IMG/VR virus record: IMGVR_UViG_3300017917_002466 | Location: 189,665-253,664 of that record | Strand: one strand, 5' to 3' | DNA length: 64,000 bases | Position numbers and translations under genes: made by a program | Shown here: piece after piece, positions 8,957 to 18,450 of the stretch | Position numbering within the stretch: position 1 is the first letter of the stretch | How the letters are laid out: each line of letters opens with the position of its first letter | The notes under the pieces: model-generated | Databases searched by the model: none | What the model saw: the letters and a program-made list of their open reading frames with translations, nothing else | Told to the model about the DNA's origin: nothing

Positions 8957-9477
8957 GATACATACCTTGAAAATCTAGAAGCAGCTAATTTAGCATCTTC
9001 TAATGTTTTAATATCTTTACTTCCGTGTTTAATGAATGGAGTTTTATCATCATTACTAAAATATTCATCAAATAACTTATCTCCAATTTTAAATCCACAA
9101 ATTGCACGATGACTCCACCCATACCATTTTTTACTAGTAGGTGAATAACCAATACTACAAACAGAATGTTTAGGACTTACTTTTTCAAATTGTTTTATTT
9201 TAAATTTATCTGATAAATGTTTAGCTGTTTTAGAATCACCAATCCAATCACCATTTTCATTGTATGCATTTAGCATTTCAAGTTTACCATTTCCACCATA
9301 TTCACTATCATCTATTAATTCTTTTTTAATAATATAACTACCATGATTTCTAGTAAAAATAATTTCTTTTATTTTGAATGGACTCGCTTCTAATAATATA
9401 TTTTTAAAAGCTGGTTCTAATAATGATAAAAAATATTCAGTTGAGTCTTCATTAAAATATAATTCGTCAAATCTCAT
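8953..9477 (-). CDS. conserved phage hypothetical protein
   Basis: CSIGYS...KWYGWSHRAI.GF.IGD motif; MRFDELYFNE tag. Confidence 0.75.
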   Translation of the reverse strand: MRFDELYFNEDSTEYFLSLLEPAFKNILLEASPFKIKEIIFTRNHGSYIIKKELIDDSEYGGNGKLEMLNAYNENGDWIGDSKTAKHLSDKFKIKQFEKVSPKHSVCSIGYSPTSKKWYGWSHRAICGFKIGDKLFDEYFSNDDKTPFIKHGSKDIKTLEDAKLAASRFSRYVS

Positions 9478-9479
9478 TT

Positions 9480-10094
9480 TTAATATCCTCTCATTTTTTT
9501 TAGTCTTTCTGGGCTATTATTTACAACATTTTTACCACTATTTGAAATACCCCCATTAGCTTTTATCAATCCTTTTTGTAATAATGACTGATGTATTTCT
9601 TCTGGTACTCTTGGTCTAGCCGATGAAATTAAACTTTGTTTATAATAAAGATGTTTGAACTCTTCATCGGAAACTTCAGTTGATATATCTGGTAAAAATT
9701 TAGAAGCATCAGAAGCGGTATAAATTTCTAATCTTGGAGGATATGTACCAACTACAGCCATAACAAAACCACTTGGAATTTCGGTTTCTCCGCCAATTTC
9801 TTTTCCAGTAATTGCTCCATCTCCTTCCATACCGCTTCTTGTAAAAGAAAAAGGTACTTCAATAGCTTTATTATTAGAAACCAATTTAAACATTTGATAA
9901 TATTCTCTATCAGCTTCATGCCAAGGTATATCTACTTTTATAGTTCCTTTTTGAATTAATCTAATATGAGAATTAATTTTTTTATAAAGTTTTTCATCAG
10001 CCCATTTCAAAATTTCAATTGGAACTTGTTTTCTATCTAAATTTACATTTTCTATTAAATATTTTTCTAGTTCTGATAAGAAACTCATAACCAT
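9480..10094 (-). CDS. hypothetical protein
   Basis: tiled ORF; MSFLSELEKYLIE tag (start may be 10088). Confidence 0.75.
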   Translation of the reverse strand: MVMSFLSELEKYLIENVNLDRKQVPIEILKWADEKLYKKINSHIRLIQKGTIKVDIPWHEADREYYQMFKLVSNNKAIEVPFSFTRSGMEGDGAITGKEIGGETEIPSGFVMAVVGTYPPRLEIYTASDASKFLPDISTEVSDEEFKHLYYKQSLISSARPRVPEEIHQSLLQKGLIKANGGISNSGKNVVNNSPERLKKMRGY

Positions 10095-10169
10095 TCTCCT
10101 ATTAGTTCATATAATCTGGAAACTTCGCATTTGGAAATAAATTTAATAAAATTGGTTTAATTTTTTTAA

Positions 10170-10649
10170 TTAATTTTTTTCTTCTTTTGGATATTCATTT
10201 ATTTCCAAAACTTCATCTTCTTTAATATTTATATCTTCTTTAACCATAGTTACTTGTCCTTTCATTCTATTTTCTTCTTTAAATCCTTTTGCTAACAAAA
10301 TCTTTTCCATTGTTGGATTAACAACATATGCTCTTATTATAGGTTCATCAAAAGCTTCTTTGTCTTGATTATATGTATCAATTGCAATATCAACCAATCT
10401 CTTTCCAACTCCCTTACCTTGAAAATCATCACGAACTACAACATCAAAAGAGAATTCTCCACTTAACCAAGTTGTCCAAAGTGCACCAACTACTTCATTA
10501 TTTAAAATAGCAACTGTATGAATTTCTTTATCTGATAGGACTCCAATATCATATTTCTTGGCCATTTTATAGGCATCATCTATATGCTTTGAGTCTAGCT
10601 CATCTGCATAAACATATGCAACATTTTCATAAAATTCTACAAAGTTCAT
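10170..10649 (-). CDS. GNAT family acetyltransferase
   Basis: VVRDDFQGKGVGKRL acetyl-CoA loop, V.NP.M...L...GF; MNFVEFYE tag. Confidence 0.85.
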   Translation of the reverse strand: MNFVEFYENVAYVYADELDSKHIDDAYKMAKKYDIGVLSDKEIHTVAILNNEVVGALWTTWLSGEFSFDVVVRDDFQGKGVGKRLVDIAIDTYNQDKEAFDEPIIRAYVVNPTMEKILLAKGFKEENRMKGQVTMVKEDINIKEDEVLEINEYPKEEKN

Positions 10650-11029
10650 GTTATATCTTTAAGTACCTTTTGGAAAACTTTCTTGCCCAAAGGAGTAAAA
10701 CCGCCCGTCTTCTTCCTATGTTCTGGGTATTTTTCCCAAAACTCTTTAGCAAGCAAAGTTCCTATTCCCTGTTTTTGAAATTCTTGAACCACCGATAAAT
10801 CAGTTTCATCACCACCAAGTTTAAGAATAAATCCGACTTCTTGAATACCAATTTTTGCTATGATTCCTTCCCCATTATCATATAGCTTTACTTTTCCAAC
10901 CATCTTATAAGGCTTCAATCCATCTGTCATACCTTCCATATCTCCGATATGCAGAACTGGTCTTGAAGAATTCGGAATATCTTTTCCGTAATCTTCTATA
11001 TTTTCTTTATAAAAGCTTATAAAGTTCAT
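10646..11029 (-). CDS. GNAT family acetyltransferase
   Basis: LSVVQEFQKQGIGTLL, TPLGKK; MNFISFYKE tag. Confidence 0.75.
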   Translation of the reverse strand: MNFISFYKENIEDYGKDIPNSSRPVLHIGDMEGMTDGLKPYKMVGKVKLYDNGEGIIAKIGIQEVGFILKLGGDETDLSVVQEFQKQGIGTLLAKEFWEKYPEHRKKTGGFTPLGKKVFQKVLKDIT

Positions 11030-11658
11030 TTTGTTTCCTTCACCTTTCCTGGAATAAAAACTTCAAGATGATCTCTACTTATAAATCCACCCTTACCTCT
11101 TTTGTAAGGGTCTGCTATTGGTCTTGGCTTTCCTTTCTCTTGACCTAACCACTTATCACCTTTAAGTGACTTAATATCTCTTGATACAACTTTATTTAAA
11201 AGTAATGGTAAATCTTTAGTATCTACTTTAACCCAAGAACCTTTATATTCTTTACCAACTCCAAATTCTTTTGCCTCTTGAACAAAATGACACCAAATAT
11301 CTCCGTGATGCTGAAACTTCTTAATAGGTGGAAATCTATACTCTGGTTCTCCATACTCGTCCGTTCCAATCTTAACCATCATTTCCTTATTCCACGCTGC
11401 AAGAAAAGGCTCAATATAAGGCCAGATATATGCATAGATTCCTCTATGCTCTGGTGCGTGATGGAATCCAACAATCGGACTTCCGAGTTCTTCACTTTTA
11501 GAAAACGCCTTTTCCTTTCTCTTATCTTGCTTGGGGTTCATATGACCCCAACGAGCAAACATAATTTTAGGAGCCTTCTCAGATTTTTCTCTTGCCTTTA
11601 CTCTGATAGGCTCCTCGTCTTCATCGTCATAATAATAGGCTTCAAATTGATTAATCAT
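11026..11658 (-). CDS. hypothetical protein
   Basis: tiled ORF; FHHAPE.RGIYAY and SRDHLEVFI look like conserved motifs. Confidence 0.75.
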   Translation of the reverse strand: MINQFEAYYYDDEDEEPIRVKAREKSEKAPKIMFARWGHMNPKQDKRKEKAFSKSEELGSPIVGFHHAPEHRGIYAYIWPYIEPFLAAWNKEMMVKIGTDEYGEPEYRFPPIKKFQHHGDIWCHFVQEAKEFGVGKEYKGSWVKVDTKDLPLLLNKVVSRDIKSLKGDKWLGQEKGKPRPIADPYKRGKGGFISRDHLEVFIPGKVKETK

Positions 11659-12022
11659 AAAAATCTATTACGTCTGCCTCATTAAAAGCTATTTCCATAT
11701 TATATTCATTTATTTGAACATCGCTTATATCTTTATTTTGTAACAACTCGTTTTTTATCTTAACAATAGTTTCTGGTGGAACTCTACCATTATATGCTTT
11801 GCTCGTAATAGGAAATGAGATATATGCATCAAATTTATGGATTCCAGTAGGAACATCTTTCTTTTTGATTTCTCCATCAATTTCAATTCCATATTGACTC
11901 AAGTATTCTTTTAATTCATTAACGCGAATGTCTGCTATCATAAACATATCTTCATCAGCACCTACAGTAACAAAAGAAGATTTGGATTCAAGCGCCTCTT
12001 TTAAATATTCATTAAAACTCAT
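11651..12022 (-). CDS. hypothetical protein
   Basis: AAGGAG SD before MSFNEYLKEALES tag. Confidence 0.75.
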   Translation of the reverse strand: MSFNEYLKEALESKSSFVTVGADEDMFMIADIRVNELKEYLSQYGIEIDGEIKKKDVPTGIHKFDAYISFPITSKAYNGRVPPETIVKIKNELLQNKDISDVQINEYNMEIAFNEADVIDFYD

Positions 12023-12023
12023 A

Positions 12024-12629
12024 TTATGCTCCTTCACTCTTTTCTTCCGGGTCTGAAAGGTGGAAATCTATTTGATCTTTGAACTTAAAGAAGTCTACAA
12101 GGTAAACATCGTTATCAGTCCAATTGATAAGCTCAAACTTTTTCTCATCATCCATATCTTTAGGAAACGAAACCCATTCACTATTCTCATAATCCCAATA
12201 CTTTTTGAAAGCATCTATTGGAACCATATGAGCAACTGCTACAGAATGTCCCTGCTTTTCAATATCCATTGCCTTTGCGGAATCGTCTGTAACCATAACA
12301 AGCTTACCTTCTGTAAACTTATCATAAGAACCTTCTGGTCTATCCGCTGAATAGTAAACTATAAAAGTTCTCTTTGGTTTTTGTGTTACTTGTGGTTCAG
12401 ATGGTGGTGTATTGAAATCTGTATTGCTTCTATCTCCACCAAGCTTCTGTTGTCTCTTGATTTTGACTTCCAATGGAGCATACTTCCACTGATCTTCTTT
12501 AGGAAGACTCTTTACCTTAATCTTATTACGCTGGCCGGATTTAGTCCTATGCCAAACATATCTTTGGCGCCAGTCGTCGTTAGGATTTCTTTCTTCTGTT
12601 AGTAAACAGAAAAATTGAAAATCATTCAT
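12024..12629 (-). CDS. hypothetical protein
   Basis: tiled ORF; MNDFQFFCLLTEE N-terminus. Confidence 0.75.
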   Translation of the reverse strand: MNDFQFFCLLTEERNPNDDWRQRYVWHRTKSGQRNKIKVKSLPKEDQWKYAPLEVKIKRQQKLGGDRSNTDFNTPPSEPQVTQKPKRTFIVYYSADRPEGSYDKFTEGKLVMVTDDSAKAMDIEKQGHSVAVAHMVPIDAFKKYWDYENSEWVSFPKDMDDEKKFELINWTDNDVYLVDFFKFKDQIDFHLSDPEEKSEGA

Positions 12630-14155
12630 TATTTACCTAACTCCTTTTGAAGTCTTCCAAAAACTCCTGCGTGTTGCTTTGCAAGGGCTCCAGTAATCTT
12701 TGGCTGTTCACCCCTCTGAGCCTGCTCAATAGCATTATTTAGAGCTTTGATTAATGAACCCCATTTCTTCTGTGCAGGTGCTTGGCCTTGTGCAATTGCT
12801 TGTTCTATTGCTTGCTCAAACTTTCCGGTAAGAGCATCAACACTCTTTGCCAATCCTTCTGCACTTGCTTCCTGTGAAATAGGTACCTCAACATTTCCAT
12901 CCTTTGGTCTGGAAACATATGCCTCAATTGCTTTCATCAACACCTCTCTATTTCCTTGACTCTTTATAATCTTGGTAAAAAGGTCAGCTCTATCTTGACG
13001 AATTGGAACAAGTCTGGTAAACTTCTTTTTCATTTCCTCTGGAACCAATGCAAGGGCTTGTTCTCCTTTTTCGGCTGGCTTACCCTCCGCTGCATAAAGA
13101 GCAGCGAACTCGGGAGTTCCAACAACTGAAGTTAATATGTTTTCTAACTCTATCTGATAAGGAGTTCCTGAACCGTGAATAGGAAGGAAGATATGCTTCT
13201 TCTCTTTCTTCTTGCAATAGGAACACTTTCTACAGTCTCCCATACAATGAACCCCACGGGACACTGGTTCACCATTAAATTCCTTAAGCTCCTTCTTTTC
13301 AATCAAATCCATCACTCTGTTGAACTCTTCAAGCTCAAGAGGAACAAAGTTATTATCAAGCATAAATCCTGAACCATTTATACAAACATTGTCTCCCAAG
13401 TCTCCAATCTCTAAATCACTTCTATGTGTATATGTGTAAAGTGTAAGTGGGGCGCCCAATTTCTTAAGCTCATCACCAACTTGTTGTAACTTCTCAACAT
13501 CGTTTACTTCAGCAAGCTTTGCTTTTCTTTCTTCTGGAACCCTTGCCAAAAGTTCTGGATTGGATGGAAGGTTTCTTATTTCTCCTGCTTCATTGATTCT
13601 GATGAACCTGATAGAAGGCATTACTTCGGCAATCTGTGCAATTCCCTGTGCAATTCCTCTTGCTGTCAAACAAGCCCACTGTTCTTCGTGTCTTAGGTTC
13701 TTTGCCAAAGCATCTTTCCATTGCTTCTCAAATCTAAGTGCATAACACTGACCATTCGGACCAAGCTTACAAGTTCCAAGGATTGCAGACATACAGTTAC
13801 CGGCTGTTGACATATTAAGAAGAACTGTATCTCCACCAATCTTTGCATTACCGGCGGCAACCTCAAAGTCTCTTTCAACTCCAGTCTCTGGGTCTTTCAC
13901 CTTAGTTCTAAGCTTATTTGGCTTCTCTATCTTTTCTTCTTCGGAAAGATTATCAAAGTGTTCATAGGCTTCTTTAAGGCTCTTGAATATCTTGCCATCT
14001 CTTGACAATCTGATAACATCGTGTTCTATAAGCTCTGGAAGATACTTCAAAGGAATACCAATCTCAAGTTCACCCGTCTCGTTGATAGAGCAAAGGTCTA
14101 AATCAATGGGCATATAGAAAGTGTTATCTTTAAAGTAATGGTCTAAAAATCTCAT
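12629..14155 (-). CDS. Gp88-like Cys-rich (radical-SAM-related) protein
   Basis: GNAKIG..LLNM...C.....C.....CYA, FIRINEAGE, YTYT, C.GDCRKCSYC; MRFLDHYFKD tag. Confidence 0.65.
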   Translation of the reverse strand: MRFLDHYFKDNTFYMPIDLDLCSINETGELEIGIPLKYLPELIEHDVIRLSRDGKIFKSLKEAYEHFDNLSEEEKIEKPNKLRTKVKDPETGVERDFEVAAGNAKIGGDTVLLNMSTAGNCMSAILGTCKLGPNGQCYALRFEKQWKDALAKNLRHEEQWACLTARGIAQGIAQIAEVMPSIRFIRINEAGEIRNLPSNPELLARVPEERKAKLAEVNDVEKLQQVGDELKKLGAPLTLYTYTHRSDLEIGDLGDNVCINGSGFMLDNNFVPLELEEFNRVMDLIEKKELKEFNGEPVSRGVHCMGDCRKCSYCKKKEKKHIFLPIHGSGTPYQIELENILTSVVGTPEFAALYAAEGKPAEKGEQALALVPEEMKKKFTRLVPIRQDRADLFTKIIKSQGNREVLMKAIEAYVSRPKDGNVEVPISQEASAEGLAKSVDALTGKFEQAIEQAIAQGQAPAQKKWGSLIKALNNAIEQAQRGEQPKITGALAKQHAGVFGRLQKELGK

Positions 14156-14158
14156 AAT

Positions 14159-14347
14159 TCATTCCTTTTGTATTGATGAAACTTCTGCTTTGGTTACTTG
14201 TTTCTTTTTCTTTCTTGCTTTATTTTCTGCTTCCTTTGCATTCTTGGCTTGTAAAAATCCAACTTTTGGTTTTCCTTTTTCAACGTAAGAAACTTTATAT
14301 GTTAAATCTTTCTGAAAAGATTCTAAAAAATATTCTAAAAATGACAT
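14159..14347 (-). CDS. small basic hypothetical protein
   Basis: MSFLEYFLES tag; late promoter at 14398-14405. Confidence 0.7.
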   Translation of the reverse strand: MSFLEYFLESFQKDLTYKVSYVEKGKPKVGFLQAKNAKEAENKARKKKKQVTKAEVSSIQKE

Positions 14348-14363
14348 TAGCTAACTATTCCAT

Positions 14364-15548
14364 TTAAGTTTTTAAATTATAATCAGTCTTATTATAGTAT
14401 TTATAAATATTTCCTTCATAATTTTTGAGCAAAATACTTTCATTTTCATAACCAACCACATAATCAGGATTGATTGGGATTTTACCTCCACCACCGGGAG
14501 CATCAATAACAAATTGAGGAATTGCGTATCCTGTAGTATAGCCCCTTAAACTTTTAATAATTTCAACTCCTTGAGATATAGGTACTTTAAAATGAAATCC
14601 TCCTTTTATTAAATCCATAGAATAAATATAATATGGTTTAATTCTTATTTTAAGTAAGTCTTTCATTAAGTTTCCCATTGTTTCAACATTATCGTTTATA
14701 TCTTTTAAAAGAACTGTTTGACTGCCCAAAGGAATTCCAATATTAGCCAATTTATTACAAGCGATTGAAACTTCTTTAGTTAATTCATCCGGGTGAGTGA
14801 AATGAATACTCATATATAATGGATGATATTTTTTTAATACTTTTAATAAACCTGAAGTTATTCTTTGTGGCAGAACTACTGGTACTTTAGTTCCAATTCT
14901 TATAATCTCAACGTGTTTTATTTTTCTAATTTTATTTAAAAGATTATCTATAATTTCATCTGAAAAAGTTAAAAAATCTCCTCCACTAAGTAAAACATCA
15001 CGAACTTCTTTATGTCTTTGAATATATTCAATTGCTAAATCCCAATCTTTAATATTAGGAATTTCATCAAAATCATTACAATTAATCATTCTTGATCGAG
15101 TGCAATATCTACATCTTGCGGCACAAAAATGAGTAGTTAAAAATAAAACTCTATCTGGATATTTATGAACTAATCCCGGAATAACCATATCCGAGTCTTC
15201 GTCTAACGGATCGTCTAACTCTTCCGGTCTATTTTCCATTTCTTCAATTACAGGAATAACAGTCTTCCTAAGAGGATAATCAATTCCTTTATTATAAATC
15301 AGATTTAAAACATAAGGAGTAATTGAAATATTTGCTCCTTTTTTAAAGGCTTGAATTTCTTTTTCAGAAAGTTGAATAAATTTTTGAATTTGACTATAAG
15401 AAATAATCCTATTTCTTATTTGCCATTTCCAATCATTCCATTCTTTTTTTGAAGCATTCAATTTTTTGATAAAATAATTTTTATAATTACTACCCGAAGG
15501 CTCTTCTTTGTCTGAGGAATATTCTTCCAATTTTTTATTCTCTGGCAT
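14364..15548 (-). CDS. kamA: KamA-family lysine 2,3-aminomutase (radical SAM, PLP)
   Basis: WNDWKWQ, DPL.E, GLVHKYPDRVL, CAARCRYCTR, DVLLSGGD, RIGTK.PV..PQRIT, HFTHP.E, QTVLL..IND, PYY, DAPGGGGKIP. Confidence 0.95.
   Translation of the reverse strand: MPENKKLEEYSSDKEEPSGSNYKNYFIKKLNASKKEWNDWKWQIRNRIISYSQIQKFIQLSEKEIQAFKKGANISITPYVLNLIYNKGIDYPLRKTVIPVIEEMENRPEELDDPLDEDSDMVIPGLVHKYPDRVLFLTTHFCAARCRYCTRSRMINCNDFDEIPNIKDWDLAIEYIQRHKEVRDVLLSGGDFLTFSDEIIDNLLNKIRKIKHVEIIRIGTKVPVVLPQRITSGLLKVLKKYHPLYMSIHFTHPDELTKEVSIACNKLANIGIPLGSQTVLLKDINDNVETMGNLMKDLLKIRIKPYYIYSMDLIKGGFHFKVPISQGVEIIKSLRGYTTGYAIPQFVIDAPGGGGKIPINPDYVVGYENESILLKNYEGNIYKYYNKTDYNLKT
14398..14405 (-). promoter_or_regulatory. T4-type late promoter at the 3' end of kamA
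   Basis: TATAAATA about 50 nt upstream of 14347. Confidence 0.5.
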
Positions 15549-15572
15549 TTAAATAATTCTCTTTCTCCTATT

Positions 15573-15602
15573 TTATTATTTGAAATAGTGATCTAAAAAT
15601 CT
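15573..15602 (-). pseudogene. scar: degenerate copy of the 5' end of the 12629..14155 gene
   Basis: reads R-F-L-D-H-Y-F-K-stop-stop, the same peptide as MRFLDHYFKD, with 4 synonymous changes. Confidence 0.65.
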
Positions 15603-15616
15603 TAACTTAATTAATT

Positions 15617-15844
15617 TTATTTCTTATTATATTCATGTAATTGTCTAAGAGCAATTTCTGCGTTTGAAAAGCTTGTGTGCCAATTAGTAGTTAAACCACA
15701 TGGACACGAATATCTATAATTTTGACCATACTTATCTTTTTCTTTTTTAATTTCTGGTTTAGCTTTATTATGGCATGAACTATATACAACACTTGGAATA
15801 GATTCTTTATTAATTTTTTCTTTTAAATATTCTTGAAAACTCAT
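15617..15844 (-). CDS. small Cys-containing protein (weak Lar-like zinc ribbon)
   Basis: MSFQEYLKE tag; SSCH...YSCPCG..T.W. Confidence 0.6.
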   Translation of the reverse strand: MSFQEYLKEKINKESIPSVVYSSCHNKAKPEIKKEKDKYGQNYRYSCPCGLTTNWHTSFSNAEIALRQLHEYNKK

Positions 15845-16059
15845 TTAATTTTTCCTTGATTAAAATTTTTATTTATATGTTTATTTATTCTTTGTGCTAT
15901 TGCGTGAAAGTCAATTCCCCAATCATCTTGTTTTCTACCAATGAAAGTCTTTTCTTTCTTAGTTCCAGTAGTATCATCAACTTCAAAATAGTAATTATGG
16001 AAGTCTGGCGTATAGTGAAGCTTCTCGGTAGATGAGTTCTGAATCTTATCTTTCTTCAT
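15841..16059 (-). CDS. hypothetical protein
   Basis: GAGG SD; ATGA overlap with next gene; internal DFHNYYFE motif. Confidence 0.6.
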   Translation of the reverse strand: MKKDKIQNSSTEKLHYTPDFHNYYFEVDDTTGTKKEKTFIGRKQDDWGIDFHAIAQRINKHINKNFNQGKIK

Positions 16060-16119
16060 TCTATAACCTCAAATCCTTCATCTTTATGTAAGATTCCTAT
16101 GATTTTTTCATTCTTTTTA

Positions 16120-16160
16120 TATAAATACTTATAACCAATAAACCTTTATACTTATTTATA
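16120..16160. promoter_or_regulatory. convergent T4-type late promoters upstream of the endonuclease
   Basis: TATAAATA on plus (16120-16127) and on minus (16153-16160). Confidence 0.6.
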
Positions 16161-16172
16161 GGAATATAAAAT

Positions 16173-17093
16173 ATGAAAAAACTTACTCAAAAAGAAGTCA
16201 TTAAAAAATTTCAAAATATTCATAATACAAAGTATGATTATAGTCTTGTTGATTATTCAAATGCTCATACTAAAATCTGTATTATTTGTCCGGAACACGG
16301 TGAATTTTGGCAAGAGCCAAATAGTCACTGGACTGGTTGTGGTTGCCCCAAATGTAAATCCGAAAAATTATCCTTAACATTTATTTCTAATCAAACGGAT
16401 TTCGTTAATAAAGCCCTTAAAGTTCATAAAAAGTTTATTTATGATAAAGTTCAGTATATCAATAGTCAAACTAAAGTTTGTATTATTTGTCCAGAACACG
16501 GTGAATTTTGGCAAACTCCATCCAAACATCTTTTCGGACAAGGATGTTCTAAATGTTCTAATATTATTAATTCAAACCAATTAAAATCCAATAAAGAAGA
16601 ATTTATTAAAAAAGCTCAAAATAAACATAAACATCTTTATGAATACGATGTTGTTAAATATATTAATGCTTTGACTAAAGTCTGTATTATTTGTCCAGAA
16701 CACGGTGAATTTTGGCAAACTCCAGCAAACCATTTAAGTGGTCAAGGATGTCCATTTTGTAAAAAATCTAAAGGCGAAAAACAAATTGAACAATGGCTTA
16801 AAGAAAATAGTATAGATTTTATACCACAAAAAAGATTTGAAGATTGTAAAAATATTTACCGACTATCGTTTGATTTTTATATTCCTAGTCTCAATTTTTG
16901 TATTGAATACGATGGTCAACAACATTTTAAACCAACCGGATTTGGTGGAAATCCCCAAGAAAAATTTCAAAGAACTATTGAAAACGATAGAATTAAAAAT
17001 AATTACTGTCAACACAAAAATATTAAATTACTAAGAATTTCTTATAAAGAACTTAAAAAGATAAAAGAAATTTTAAAAACCAAATTGCTTTAA
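16173..17093 (+). mobile_element. free-standing homing endonuclease: three DUF723-like zinc repeats plus a Vsr/DUF559-like PD-(D/E)xK domain
   Basis: 3x KVCIICPEHGEFWQ.P..H..G.GC..C; SKGE, FDFYIP, CIEYDGQQH, D.IKN.YC...I.LLRI.Y; opposite strand to neighbours. Confidence 0.88.
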
Positions 17094-17603
17094 CTGTTTA
17101 ATTGTATTTTCAGCATTCTGGTGGTGTATGCCAATACCGTCTCCGCGATTTATCCAGTCCATTATTTTCTTTTCGTAATCATCTATTAAAATACTATTCG
17201 TATCTGCATACTTGAACTTATCTTTCTCAAAAATAAAAGGAACTTTCGGTCCTAGTTCTCTTTTAATCCAAATCTCTTTTCCAGTTTTACTTGCTTTACT
17301 TTTTGCAGGGGTTGTAAGGATAGTTGGATTGTGCTTCTTTACATAATTCCAAAGCTTTCTACCATCATCCATCCAAGGCATTTCACTCCAAAATTCAACT
17401 CCACCACTATTAATAAGTTTCCAAAGAGCCTCGGTACCATACTTATCTTCAAATTTCTTAGGAGAAAGACCTTTAGTCTGTTCCTTTCCGAAACTACTAA
17501 AAGCCTTTTCAAAGTCATTAATAGTTCCATCCATATCAACATAGATTTTAAACTCTTTGCCTTTGTTACTTTCAAATAAACCAATCTGTTCTAGAATACC
17601 CAT
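17073..17603 (-). CDS. HAD-family 5'(3')-deoxyribonucleotidase-like protein
   Basis: IYVDMDG..NDF, FW..MPW, ILT, GK..W, ILIDDY..I..W...GG.GI.H. Confidence 0.85.
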   Translation of the reverse strand: MGILEQIGLFESNKGKEFKIYVDMDGTINDFEKAFSSFGKEQTKGLSPKKFEDKYGTEALWKLINSGGVEFWSEMPWMDDGRKLWNYVKKHNPTILTTPAKSKASKTGKEIWIKRELGPKVPFIFEKDKFKYADTNSILIDDYEKKIMDWINRGDGIGIHHQNAENTIKQLKQFGF

Positions 17604-17992
17604 TATGTGTTTCCTTTTGCAAAATAAGCTGATAACTGAGACAAATCCATTGGCTCACATTCATCTGGTGGTTCTTTTGAAATAGATGAATCTGGCTTAT
17701 ATCCATTCGGGAAATTCTTTTTCATTATGTAATCAAGGTAGTCGGGAAATCTTGCTTCAAGTTTCTTTATGATTTCTTCTTCGTTCTTTGCAGTAAAAGT
17801 ATTCCTTGCGTTTGGAACATTTTGGGGAATAGTAAACATAAAAGTAATCTCTTGCCAACCATTTAGGATAAGCCCAAAACGATCTGCAAGCCTTTGACCA
17901 AATAAAACACAAGATTTATCTTTTTGTGTATCAATTGGCTCTCTAAGACTAATTGACTTTTCTGATAAGTAGAAATCCGAAAATAAAATCAT
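17603..17992 (-). CDS. hypothetical protein
   Basis: MILFSDFYLSE tag. Confidence 0.7.
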   Translation of the reverse strand: MILFSDFYLSEKSISLREPIDTQKDKSCVLFGQRLADRFGLILNGWQEITFMFTIPQNVPNARNTFTAKNEEEIIKKLEARFPDYLDYIMKKNFPNGYKPDSSISKEPPDECEPMDLSQLSAYFAKGNT

Positions 17993-18035
17993 TATAATAT
18001 TCCTCTTTTAGTCAAACGCAGTATACTCTAAATTT

Positions 18036-18398
18036 TTATTCTACTTCTGATCCTCTTATTTTTGCAAATCCAATAGTAGGACTATCAGATTTAATAGCAC
18101 TAACACTTCCATATCCCAATTCATCTCTTATAGAATCTCTATTAACAAATTGAAATTTACCAAGATTTTCTTTTACTTTTGGGTAAATATCTCTTAAAAA
18201 CTTTCCTTTCATTATAAAAATACCAGTATTACTGGCTTCAACCCATTCAACTTCACCATTTCTAGCATAATTAATATTAAGAAATTTACGTGAATTTCCT
18301 TCCTTTTCACGATCCATACTAACAACAGCTATATAAGAAGCTAAATCGGCTACTTGTGCTCTTGTCAACATTTCTTTAAGAATCTCCAAAAATGCCAT
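18036..18398 (-). CDS. hypothetical protein
   Basis: GGAGG SD before MAFLEILKE tag; late promoter upstream. Confidence 0.7.
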   Translation of the reverse strand: MAFLEILKEMLTRAQVADLASYIAVVSMDREKEGNSRKFLNINYARNGEVEWVEASNTGIFIMKGKFLRDIYPKVKENLGKFQFVNRDSIRDELGYGSVSAIKSDSPTIGFAKIRGSEVE

Positions 18399-18450
18399 AA
18401 TATATCCTCCCATTGAAGTTATAGTTCATTATTAACTATTATAATATAAT

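Noticed and set aside
16056-16145. Open frame ending ...IGILHKDEGFEVIE* with ATGA overlap, possibly the tail of a gene disrupted by the endonuclease
   Set aside because: No start codon and no recognisable family; cannot be supported
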